Assembly: GCA_963664705.1 (NCBI GenBank)
Contig: OY761556.1
Coordinates: 1,632,001 to 1,696,000 of the forward strand
Origin: Acidobacteriota bacterium
GTDB taxonomy: Bacteria > Acidobacteriota > UBA6911
Length of the DNA: 64,000 nt
Direction of reading: 5' to 3'
Shown one piece after another: positions 29,855 through 38,560 of this stretch; positions within the stretch are counted from its first letter, which is position 1; each line of letters begins with the position of its first letter. The notes beneath the pieces were generated by a model. The model searched no databases, was not told where the DNA came from, and worked only from the letters and a program-made list of their open reading frames with translations. The position numbers were made by a program, and so were the translations under genes.

Positions 29855-31716
29855 CCTGGACACGCATGGTGCCGGCCGGAGCGCTCGCCTGTGTGCTGCT
29901 GTTTGCGGCACTCGCGGGAGCTCAAACCAATCCTTCTCCGACGACCGATGTGCTGGGAGTGCATGATCTGAGTTCGGGGAGTTCTCCCCTGCATGGGCCG
30001 AATGCCAACGCCTGTATCTACTGTCACGCTCCGCATAATGCCCTATCTTCACCCGGACTCTGGAACCAGACGCTTTCGACGAGCGAGTATGTTCTGTTCC
30101 CGGATTCAACCAGCGCCCCCTCCGCTCCGACCAAGGTCGGGACTGCGAGTATGCGCTGTCTAAGCTGCCATGATGGCAGCGTAGGTGTTGGGCACACGGT
30201 GGCTATTGGTTCGCTGCAAATGACGGGAACGCTGCGCTCGAATCTGGGGACAAAGCTGGCTGGCTCGCATCCCTTCAGCATGCAGCCGCAGCTGAAGGAC
30301 CATGCCTCGCTTGCGGCAGGCCTGGTCGCCTCGCACAGCACCAAAGACAAAGCGGTTATTCTGGTAGAGAACAACATAGAATGTCCTACCTGCCATGATG
30401 TCCACAATCAATACAAAGATCTGAATTCTCCTAAATTCCTGGCTCGCGACAACACTGGGAGTCGTTTGTGTTTTGCATGCCATGATGTGGGCGCCCGCAC
30501 GGTAGGTGGAGTCAATAATTCGCTTACGGCCTGGCCCAATAGCGCCCATGCGCAGTCGTCTGTTGCAGTGGCGCGGAAAGCAGGTTTGGGCGGATACGCG
30601 ACGGTGAAGGAATTCGGCTGTTCCAGTTGCCATAGATCGCATGACGCGCTGGGCACGGCACTGCTGCGTAAGAATCCGGATGCACCCGCGAATATTGACG
30701 AGACCGCGCAGGCCTGTTTTACCTGCCATGACGGCAGCGATAACCTGTCTCAGCCGCTCCTCAATGTGATCGAGGCGTTCAACGGGCAGCGCGGGCATCC
30801 GTTCTCGGATTCAAACAATGTGCACGGGATGAATGAACCGGTTGTCCTGGATCGGAATCGACATGCCACGTGCGCGGATTGTCACAATCCCCATGCTTCG
30901 CAGGCGACAGTATCCTTTTCGGCCAAGCCGGATCTGCGGCCATCCCAGGCTGGAGTAGCCGGTCTGACAAAGGATGGCGCGGTGGTTGCCAATGCAACCT
31001 ATCAATATGAGAACTGCCTGCGATGTCACGGCACCAGCCAGAATAAGCAGAGCCTTGCTGTTTATGGCTACATGCCGGCGCGCGCTCTTTTTTCGGGAGA
31101 TACGCTGGATATATCTCGCGAGTTTGCACGGGGTGCCACTTCATCTCACCCCGTAATGCGTGAGGCTGGAAATCTGGCCCGCCCCAGCCTGCTCAAGGCG
31201 TCGAGAAGCATCGGTTCCAGGGTCAGGGTTCGAGGCCGGCTTATCAATTCGCGGATTCTTTGCACTGACTGTCACAATAACGACAATGCCCGCGAGGCTG
31301 GCGGCACTGGGCCCAATGGGCCCCACGGATCCAAATACGATCACATCCTGGAACGCCAGTATTTAATGAGCCAGGTTGGGACCGGTTCGGCTCCCGGCAG
31401 CATGATTGTGAATCTCAATCCGAAGCCCATTTTGAGCTCGGCTCCTGCATCGCCGTATGCACTGTGCGCCAAGTGTCACGATCTGGATTACGTCAATTCC
31501 GGTCAGAGTTGGAGTGAGCATGGCCGGCATATTCAGAAGGGGTTTTCCTGCTCCGTGTGCCACAGTGCGCATGGCGTACCGGCGGGAACAGCGAGCGTCA
31601 GCGGCAGTGGCCTGGTGAGCTTCGATATGAATGTCGTGGGAAGCAATAACGGTCTGCCGGTTTCCTACAACGGGTCGTCTTGCACATTGAGATGCCACGA
31701 GAAGTCCCATAAATGA
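29851..31716 (+). CDS. 12-heme cytochrome c with OmcE-like N-terminal tetraheme domain
   Basis: 11 CxxCH + CTLRCH. N-terminus HDL..CIYCHAPH..LWN..CLSCHDG..GT.L..SHPF..CPTCHDVH..FL.R.N..S.LCFACH. Confidence 0.88.
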   Translation: MTWTRMVPAGALACVLLFAALAGAQTNPSPTTDVLGVHDLSSGSSPLHGPNANACIYCHAPHNALSSPGLWNQTLSTSEYVLFPDSTSAPSAPTKVGTASMRCLSCHDGSVGVGHTVAIGSLQMTGTLRSNLGTKLAGSHPFSMQPQLKDHASLAAGLVASHSTKDKAVILVENNIECPTCHDVHNQYKDLNSPKFLARDNTGSRLCFACHDVGARTVGGVNNSLTAWPNSAHAQSSVAVARKAGLGGYATVKEFGCSSCHRSHDALGTALLRKNPDAPANIDETAQACFTCHDGSDNLSQPLLNVIEAFNGQRGHPFSDSNNVHGMNEPVVLDRNRHATCADCHNPHASQATVSFSAKPDLRPSQAGVAGLTKDGAVVANATYQYENCLRCHGTSQNKQSLAVYGYMPARALFSGDTLDISREFARGATSSHPVMREAGNLARPSLLKASRSIGSRVRVRGRLINSRILCTDCHNNDNAREAGGTGPNGPHGSKYDHILERQYLMSQVGTGSAPGSMIVNLNPKPILSSAPASPYALCAKCHDLDYVNSGQSWSEHGRHIQKGFSCSVCHSAHGVPAGTASVSGSGLVSFDMNVVGSNNGLPVSYNGSSCTLRCHEKSHK

Positions 31717-31823
31717 GTGCACGTGCATTCTGCCAGAACACGATCCTATAGCGCGATGGATGAGACTCCCCATGCCTCCATTGGAAATTGCGGCGTATGC
31801 CGGCTGGTTATTGAGGGAAGCTG

Positions 31824-32465
31824 ATGGTGGAAAATGAAGCAGTGGTAAGGCCGCGCAGCAGCATCCGGCTTTATGGAATTATCATTGTCTGTCTTGGCGC
31901 GTGCCTCGGCATTGCCTTTCTAATCCACAAGGCACTCCAGGAAGGTGACGCCAAAGGGCTCGCAGGAAAAGCTGCGGCTGCGCACCGACCCGGCGTTCAA
32001 ATGGCATCGGATTCGTTGAAAAGAGAGCCGGACACACTGGCTCAACCATTGTTGGCCCGCTTGCAGAAATCGCCGGACGACCCTGTTTTGCTGGCGGAAA
32101 TAGGCAAGATCTATTATCAAGCCCGACAGTTCCACACTGCGGCGGAATATTATAAGAACTCTGTGAGGGTGAAGCCGGATACGGGGACGCTGGTAAAGCT
32201 TGGAGGCGCCCATCATTTTGATGGCGATGACGATGCGGCCCTCGGTGCCTGGAATCGCGCGCTGCAACTCGATCCCACTAACGCCGATGCACTGTTTAAT
32301 ATCGGTTTTGTTCAATGGCAGGAGCGGGGCAACCGGAAAGAAGCGATTGCCGCCTGGCAGAAGTTGCTTAGGACAAATCCGAACCATCCGAAACGGGCTC
32401 AAGTGGAGGAGCTTCTCACGCAGGCAAAGCGACACGCGGAAATTCCTGCAAGTGGGAGCGACTAG
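31824..32465 (+). CDS. Membrane-anchored TPR protein (CycH/CcmI-like, possible cytochrome maturation factor)
   Basis: N-terminal TM helix; TPRs (ALQLDPTNADALFNIG, AIAAWQKLL..NP). Confidence 0.75.
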   Translation: MVENEAVVRPRSSIRLYGIIIVCLGACLGIAFLIHKALQEGDAKGLAGKAAAAHRPGVQMASDSLKREPDTLAQPLLARLQKSPDDPVLLAEIGKIYYQARQFHTAAEYYKNSVRVKPDTGTLVKLGGAHHFDGDDDAALGAWNRALQLDPTNADALFNIGFVQWQERGNRKEAIAAWQKLLRTNPNHPKRAQVEELLTQAKRHAEIPASGSD

Positions 32466-32559
32466 CGCGCGCAAGTGCCCTGTATAGGCTTTGCGGTCGA
32501 GAGTACAATTTGGTAAAGCGGAATTTGTTTGCGCGGCCGCCCGCGGAGGAGGGAGCACT

Positions 32560-33918
32560 ATGCGATCATTGATAAGGGTCGGATCGATCCTGTGCATTAC
32601 AGTTGGGCTGGAAATGCTGATGATGGGCAACGCCGCAGATCGCAAGCCGAGCAAGCCCAAGACTGTCCCCCAGCAGTTCTGGCAGACCTCCACCTGCAGA
32701 GGATGCCACGATGAAATCGTCGAACAACACCTGGCGTCCTCCCATGAGATGTCTTTCACTAATCCCGCATTCCAGGCTCAATATAGAAAGGACCTGCTGC
32801 CCAAAGCCGGGACAGATCCGCAACTGAATGCGGATGCGCGCGAATGTATTGCCTGCCATGAACCGATCGCCTATGCCACAAATGGCCCAAAGTCGGTGTC
32901 ACTCCTGGAAATCGACCCGAAAATGAATGGAGTGACATGCGATGTCTGTCACACCATGACCGGATTCCGCGATGGCAAGGCGCAAAACGGCAACTATATC
33001 CTGGAGCCGGGCGACAGAAAGTTTGGTCCCTTTAAGGGACCGGGAGATTGGCACCATATTTATTCAGAACTCCAGACCAAAAGCGAAATTTGCGCCGTCT
33101 GCCATGAAGCGGTCAACCGGTACGGGCTCAGGATCAAATCTACTTTTGCGGAATGGCAGGAGAGCACCTTTGCCCAACAAGGGGTGCAATGCCAAGATTG
33201 CCATATGAACGTTGACGGATTCCTTACGGCAGGAAAACCCCGGTTCGCTTCCGGCAAAGCGGCAGCCATGACTCTTGGAAGCGCTCCGCAGCGGGACCGG
33301 CTGTATACGCACCAGTTTCCCGGTGCTCATTCCAAGACGCAAATCGAGGGCGCTATCACTCTGGATATTGAAGCGGATGCCCGCAACAGCCAACCGGATC
33401 ATGCGCTTGCTCTGAGCGTCACGGTCGATAACTCGCGCACGGGACACAGCATGCCATCCGGCAGCGCGGATCTCCGGTTGCTGTGGATGGAGGTGGTGGT
33501 ACGGATCGGGAACGACCCTGGAAAGCCTGCCGTCATCATAGATCCCGAGGGACAGGACGAATCGAAGGCGTACTCTCTCGCAGGGCGCGGGAAGTTTGAT
33601 TCCATGCTTCTGGGATCGGAGGTTCCGAAGGGAAGCCGCATCTATCGCGCCATTTTCACTGATGGTACCGGGCAAGCTACGCTCGATTCATACACGGCCG
33701 TGGCCAAGCTGTTCGATAACCGGTTGAAAGCTGCGGAGAAGCGTAAGGAATCCTACCGATTTGCCGTGCCGGAAGGAGCAAAGGGGGATATTACGGTCAA
33801 AGCAACGCTGAAGTATCTGCCCTATTCCAGCATATTCACTCGGCGATTTGGGTTGCCTCTCCCTGAGGCAGTCATCGTCGCGCAGCGGGAGATTCATTTG
33901 GCTGCACAGGACCGCTGA
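32560..33918 (+). CDS. Pentaheme cytochrome c (c554-like N-terminus) with beta-sandwich C-terminus
   Basis: CRGCH, CIACH, CDVCH, CAVCH, CQDCHM; H.FPG; GHSMPSG..DLR..W; RBS GGAGG before ATG 32560. Confidence 0.85.
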   Translation: MRSLIRVGSILCITVGLEMLMMGNAADRKPSKPKTVPQQFWQTSTCRGCHDEIVEQHLASSHEMSFTNPAFQAQYRKDLLPKAGTDPQLNADARECIACHEPIAYATNGPKSVSLLEIDPKMNGVTCDVCHTMTGFRDGKAQNGNYILEPGDRKFGPFKGPGDWHHIYSELQTKSEICAVCHEAVNRYGLRIKSTFAEWQESTFAQQGVQCQDCHMNVDGFLTAGKPRFASGKAAAMTLGSAPQRDRLYTHQFPGAHSKTQIEGAITLDIEADARNSQPDHALALSVTVDNSRTGHSMPSGSADLRLLWMEVVVRIGNDPGKPAVIIDPEGQDESKAYSLAGRGKFDSMLLGSEVPKGSRIYRAIFTDGTGQATLDSYTAVAKLFDNRLKAAEKRKESYRFAVPEGAKGDITVKATLKYLPYSSIFTRRFGLPLPEAVIVAQREIHLAAQDR

Positions 33919-33989
33919 CGGGGCGCCTCGCTGGATGCACCGGCGTTCCGGCTAATGCCACATACGATTTGTCGAGAGTGAAGCCCATG

Positions 33990-34059
33990 GGAGTGCGGTG
34001 GCTTGCTACCGCACTCGGCGTTTATAATTTTCAAAGGCGGCGGCAAGCTGCCGCGCTCC
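33990..34059. repeat. REP/REPIN-like palindromic element, family A, copy 2
   Basis: GGAGTGCGGTGGCTTGCTACCGC...TTTATAATTTTCAAAGGCGGCGGCAAGCTGCCGCGCTCC. Confidence 0.7.
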
Positions 34060-34312
34060 ATGGCGCCCATTCGGGGGCGCCTTTTTTATCCCATCGCCCG
34101 GCAGCAAAATGAGCCAAAAAAATCTTTGTGGTCTTCGAGGTCTTCGAGGTTAATGGGGTTACCAATTCGCTCAAGTCAGGTTCGAAGACGCCGGCGCTCC
34201 CAGTGAGCCCCGGCATCATTCCGCATCGAGCCGAAGAGCTTCTTTACCTAACCCGCAAAATTCACTAAAGCAGGACTTGGTTGTTCAAAACCAGGTCGGC
34301 AGTTCGCTTCAC

Positions 34313-35707
34313 TTACATGTCGTGACACTTTTGGCAGGTCGCCTCTTTATTGTTGGTCAGCAATTTGGGCCCCGTCGAAGTCGAATGAGAGGCATGACAG
34401 GTGATGCAATTTAGCTCTGCCTTATCCGCCGTTGCAGCCACCCAAACGGGGTGTCTCGAGGTCGGATGCCCCAGTCTCTCATTGATAAGATTCAGTACCA
34501 CCAGTTTTTCAAATGACTTTGGGGGGACGCTGACTTTGCCGTCGAAGAGAGGATAGGGCTCACTGCTTCGAAACATCCTGGCGCCGTTCGAACCGTGGCA
34601 GGCAAGACAAAGATCCGTCACAGGTGCATATAGCTCCGTGGGGTTGTCCGAAGCGTGCGCATCGTGGCAGAAGGCGCACGATTGATTAACAGGCTCATGA
34701 ACATACTTGCCTGTGAGTTCAAATCGGGACAGCTTTGCAAAGGTCTTGGGAGGGAGGCTTACAAGACCGTTGAACAGAGGAAATGGTTGGCTGCTCTGAA
34801 CGATCTTCTCGGCGTTGGGACCATGGCAATTCATACAGATATCCCGCAACGAGACCCGCAGTTCCTTGGGAAAATCCGAGGCATGTGCATCGTGACAGAT
34901 AAGGCAGGATTTTTTTGCAGGCTCGTGTACATATTTTGAAGACAGTTTCAGATATTCCATCTTTGAGGATTCATTGTCCGTCGAAGGCTTGCCGGCTTTT
35001 GTCGTCTGCTTGGGCTGTTCAACGTGACAACCCAGGCAAAGATCCTGGGCAGGTTTTTTCAGGTGATATTCCTGGTTGGCGGCATGAGGGTCGTGACATT
35101 CCATGCAGGAGTGATCGCTCTGCGATAAAAGCTTATGCCGGCTTCCAGCGCCCGCCATTTTTGCCTTGAATTGGGTATGGCATTCATAGCAGAGCGAGTC
35201 CACCGTTGCCGCCGTCAGTCCAACCTTTCCGTTTACCGAGGCCGGGTGGCAGGCTGCGCATAAGCGCGCGGCGTAAGGACCATGCGAGTATTGGAGCAAC
35301 AGCTTTGGTTTGTCGGAAGAATGAGGATCGTGGCAGCCGGTACACCTCGATTTTCCAAGCGGCTGATTGTCATGGGCGGGAGAAAGATTTTTGCCCGCAG
35401 AATGGCATTCCATACAGAGTTCGGGCTCTTTTGCTTTCAGATAAAACTCGGGCGGCTCTTTCAGATTGGCCGGAGTAAGGCGGTTGCAGTCCAGGTGGCA
35501 GGCAACACAACCGCTTTTTTCGATTGCCGGCTCTCTGTATTTTTTCAGAGGCTCGATACTTTTAGGATCCTGGTATTTGGAGCAGCCATCCTTGATCGCG
35601 GCGTCCTGCAGAGAGCCTGCGTGTGCGGATTCAAAACAAGCCAGGATGATCAGGATACGTGCGGATTGCCTGACTAAACTCCAAGATCTGTGGACATCCA
35701 TTTTCAT
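34313..35707 (-). CDS. 13-heme cytochrome c, paralog of 21814-23271
   Basis: 13 CxxCH; signal peptide; shared H..QP..K..C..CH, H.PYA, LF.G.V.LP, GHP..HPV blocks. Confidence 0.9.
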   Translation of the reverse strand: MKMDVHRSWSLVRQSARILIILACFESAHAGSLQDAAIKDGCSKYQDPKSIEPLKKYREPAIEKSGCVACHLDCNRLTPANLKEPPEFYLKAKEPELCMECHSAGKNLSPAHDNQPLGKSRCTGCHDPHSSDKPKLLLQYSHGPYAARLCAACHPASVNGKVGLTAATVDSLCYECHTQFKAKMAGAGSRHKLLSQSDHSCMECHDPHAANQEYHLKKPAQDLCLGCHVEQPKQTTKAGKPSTDNESSKMEYLKLSSKYVHEPAKKSCLICHDAHASDFPKELRVSLRDICMNCHGPNAEKIVQSSQPFPLFNGLVSLPPKTFAKLSRFELTGKYVHEPVNQSCAFCHDAHASDNPTELYAPVTDLCLACHGSNGARMFRSSEPYPLFDGKVSVPPKSFEKLVVLNLINERLGHPTSRHPVWVAATADKAELNCITCHASHSTSTGPKLLTNNKEATCQKCHDM

Positions 35708-35773
35708 AATTTACATCCGCATATTTGACGGAATTGAGTTTGAGCCCTGCGTACAGACGGCATGCACGGCCTT

Positions 35774-37078
35774 TTACTGTTTTCCCGTTTTTGCTGATTG
35801 GCGGTCGTATTTCTGAACCGCATGGCAACCCGGTGCACAACTGCCTCCGGTATCGCTCTTCTCGAATTTTATCGGTAGCTTCCATGTTCCAAACGGTACC
35901 GTGGTTCCAATAAGCTGAGGAGTTGCACTGGCGTGAACCTCATGACACGAACGGCAAGTTCTGCCATGAGACGTTCGGTTGACATGAACAAAATGAAGAT
36001 TGCGGTCGCCGTCACGGAACTGGGTTGCGCTTGTCGTATGCTCTTCCGTTGCCAGAGGCGTCTCGTGACAGCGGAAGCAAAGATCATAATTTGAAATGAA
36101 GAACGGTGCGTAAAAGTTCTGTGTGTATTGATCGGTCAGCAGTCGAAAGTAGGGCGAGCCATGCGGGTTGTGGCAAGCCGAACAATTCCTGTTTTGAATC
36201 GGACCGTGCTGGTTCGGGTTTGCCGCCAGCAGTTGTTTCATATCCGCGAATTCCTGGGTTTCCGTTTTCACCGGCTTGTCGTGGCACTTAAGGCAGATAT
36301 TGAGTCCGTCGGCAAGCAACAGGTTGTTTTCCTGCGCTGCATGTGGATCGTGGCAGTTCATGCAGGCTGCATCTTCCTTGACCGGCGAATGCTTTACCAC
36401 CGCCGTCTGCTGATCGCGGAGTGTCTTTTCGTGACATTTTCCGCAAAGCCCGGGGAATGGTGCGGTCAGCATATATCGCTGATCGGACATGTGAGGAGAA
36501 TGACAATCCAGGCAGTCGGTGGAGGCTGCTTTATGCTTGAATCTCGCATTGGTGAACCGCGCCCCCATGTCTTTATGACATTCCATGCACATTTGCTGGC
36601 CGGCAACCCGAAGCATCCCCGGATTGTTGCCGCCGTGGGGATCGTGGCAGGTAATGCAAGCTCCGGCAGCAAATGGTCCATGAACATAGCTGCCTTTGAA
36701 CTGGTCCTTTTTATGACACTTGAAACAAAGCGGTTCCTTTGCTTCCACAAGGCGGGAAGGTCCTCCGTCCGGCGGGACCTGGTGACAGAAATCGCAAAGG
36801 TCCTCTTTTGCCAGCAGGCAATTTACTTTGGATGACACTACGCGCTGATGGCACTGCGTGCAGCCCTTTCCCCCCAACGGATCGTGTGGCTTGGTCGCCG
36901 GAATCGGTTTCGCAGGAGGCTTCTGCTCCTGGGCAGGAAGCGAACCGGACGATCCCAGCAGTCCAAGCAAAAAAACAGAAAGTACCAACGAGCCTGCCAT
37001 CCAGAGGTTGATATGCCGGGCGCGGCAGGAACCACGATTCGACTTCGGCTTGAATCTTAATAACGAGAAATTTTGCAT
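35774..37078 (-). CDS. 13-heme cytochrome c
   Basis: 12 CxxCH + CAPGCH; F..G..NLH..HV and GGSC..CH C-terminus. Confidence 0.9.
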   Translation of the reverse strand: MQNFSLLRFKPKSNRGSCRARHINLWMAGSLVLSVFLLGLLGSSGSLPAQEQKPPAKPIPATKPHDPLGGKGCTQCHQRVVSSKVNCLLAKEDLCDFCHQVPPDGGPSRLVEAKEPLCFKCHKKDQFKGSYVHGPFAAGACITCHDPHGGNNPGMLRVAGQQMCMECHKDMGARFTNARFKHKAASTDCLDCHSPHMSDQRYMLTAPFPGLCGKCHEKTLRDQQTAVVKHSPVKEDAACMNCHDPHAAQENNLLLADGLNICLKCHDKPVKTETQEFADMKQLLAANPNQHGPIQNRNCSACHNPHGSPYFRLLTDQYTQNFYAPFFISNYDLCFRCHETPLATEEHTTSATQFRDGDRNLHFVHVNRTSHGRTCRSCHEVHASATPQLIGTTVPFGTWKLPIKFEKSDTGGSCAPGCHAVQKYDRQSAKTGKQ

Positions 37079-37165
37079 AGCAAAAATGACTGGATCAAAT
37101 ACTGCTCATATCATGACTAAATCACACAAAAACCTGGCCGATTTGTCCCGGGCTCAACGAAATTT

Positions 37166-38548
37166 CTATTGAGCATTGAGTTTCACCGGGTTGACACGGT
37201 CATAGGAATATTCACCATGGCATTCCGCAAGGCAGCTTCCTCCGGTCTTGGTTTTATTAAATCGGAACGAAGCCGTCCAGTTTCCAAACTGCCCTTTATC
37301 GAGAATAAGGTTGGGCTGGTTTCCGGCATGCGCTCCGTGGCAAGCCCGGCATGTCTGGCCACTTTTTTCCTTATTTACATGAAGGTAATGCAGATTGAGC
37401 CGACCGTTGCGAAAATCCGTATCTCTGTTTGTGTAATGCTCCCCCGCGATCCTCTCGGTATGGCATGAAAAGCACACGGCATATCTGGCCGGGTCGTAGG
37501 GCAGAGAAGTATCGGTCGGATAATCCGCAAACAGCAGGTTCGCATATTTTGAACCGTGAGGGATGTGGCATGAGTTACAGCTTTTGTCCGCCACCGGCCG
37601 ATGCTTGTATTTTGCCGCATCAATCTGAGCCTGGAATTTGTCATGGCATGTAACACAAAGTTCGTTCGCCGGTTTGCTGAGCAGGCGGCCATTTTTGTTG
37701 TCATGCGCTTTGTGACACTCGACGCAGGCCATTCCCTTGGTCATTGCTTCGTGCTTGAACTGGCTGGATTCCAGATTTTCTTTTATCTCTTTATGACATC
37801 CATCCAGACACAGTTCGCGCGGGGATCGGGTCAGCAACCCGGGAATACTGGAATCATGGGAGCGGTGGCACTTGGAACAATCCTCGCCGGTCAGGTGCAG
37901 CTTCTGCTCCCTGCCTCCCACAATGACAGGGCGCATTTTTTCGTGACACTGCTGGAGGCAAAGCTTGCTTCCCGTCGCGTCGAGCAGATTCTTGGCCTTG
38001 TTGCCATGGGGCCGATGGCAGGCCAGGCAATCGCCGCGGGCAGCCGGTTTATGGACATATTTTTTTGTAATCACCGGCTTTTTGTTATGGCACTCATTGC
38101 ATAGCAAGGATGCGGGCGTCTTGCGGACCTGGTACTTTTCTTCAGAGCCGTGGGGATCGTGGCACCCAAGGCACTTACCTTTTGCAACCGGGTCGTGCAG
38201 CATGTATCCCTTGGTATCCACACGCTTGTGGCATTGCAGACAGAGATTTGCTTCAGTTGCCACGATCTTGAATTTGTGGTCTGTACCCGGGAGCGGCAGA
38301 TGGCAAACGGTACATTGTCCAATCTGCAGCGGTCCATGAAGATATTTGTGCTTTATTACTGCGGGATGGCATTCTGCCGAGACACAGCTTTTAGTGGGAT
38401 CGGAGTGCTTTTGTTCTTTGGCGTGGGTCATGCCGGGCGCACAAAAGCCTCCAACCAGCAGGAAAAGCAGAACTCTAATGGCGCACAGCATTCTGCCGGG
38501 TGCAAGCCGTCCACCGTTTTCGCGAAATCCCCTATGCTTTTCCAACAC
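37166..38548 (-). CDS. Up to 15-heme cytochrome c, paralog of 35774-37078
   Basis: 11 CxxCH + CVSAECH, CLQQCH, CLDGCH, CLAECH. Confidence 0.9.
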   Translation of the reverse strand: MLEKHRGFRENGGRLAPGRMLCAIRVLLFLLVGGFCAPGMTHAKEQKHSDPTKSCVSAECHPAVIKHKYLHGPLQIGQCTVCHLPLPGTDHKFKIVATEANLCLQCHKRVDTKGYMLHDPVAKGKCLGCHDPHGSEEKYQVRKTPASLLCNECHNKKPVITKKYVHKPAARGDCLACHRPHGNKAKNLLDATGSKLCLQQCHEKMRPVIVGGREQKLHLTGEDCSKCHRSHDSSIPGLLTRSPRELCLDGCHKEIKENLESSQFKHEAMTKGMACVECHKAHDNKNGRLLSKPANELCVTCHDKFQAQIDAAKYKHRPVADKSCNSCHIPHGSKYANLLFADYPTDTSLPYDPARYAVCFSCHTERIAGEHYTNRDTDFRNGRLNLHYLHVNKEKSGQTCRACHGAHAGNQPNLILDKGQFGNWTASFRFNKTKTGGSCLAECHGEYSYDRVNPVKLNAQ

Positions 38549-38560
38549 GAAAGCCGTTCC

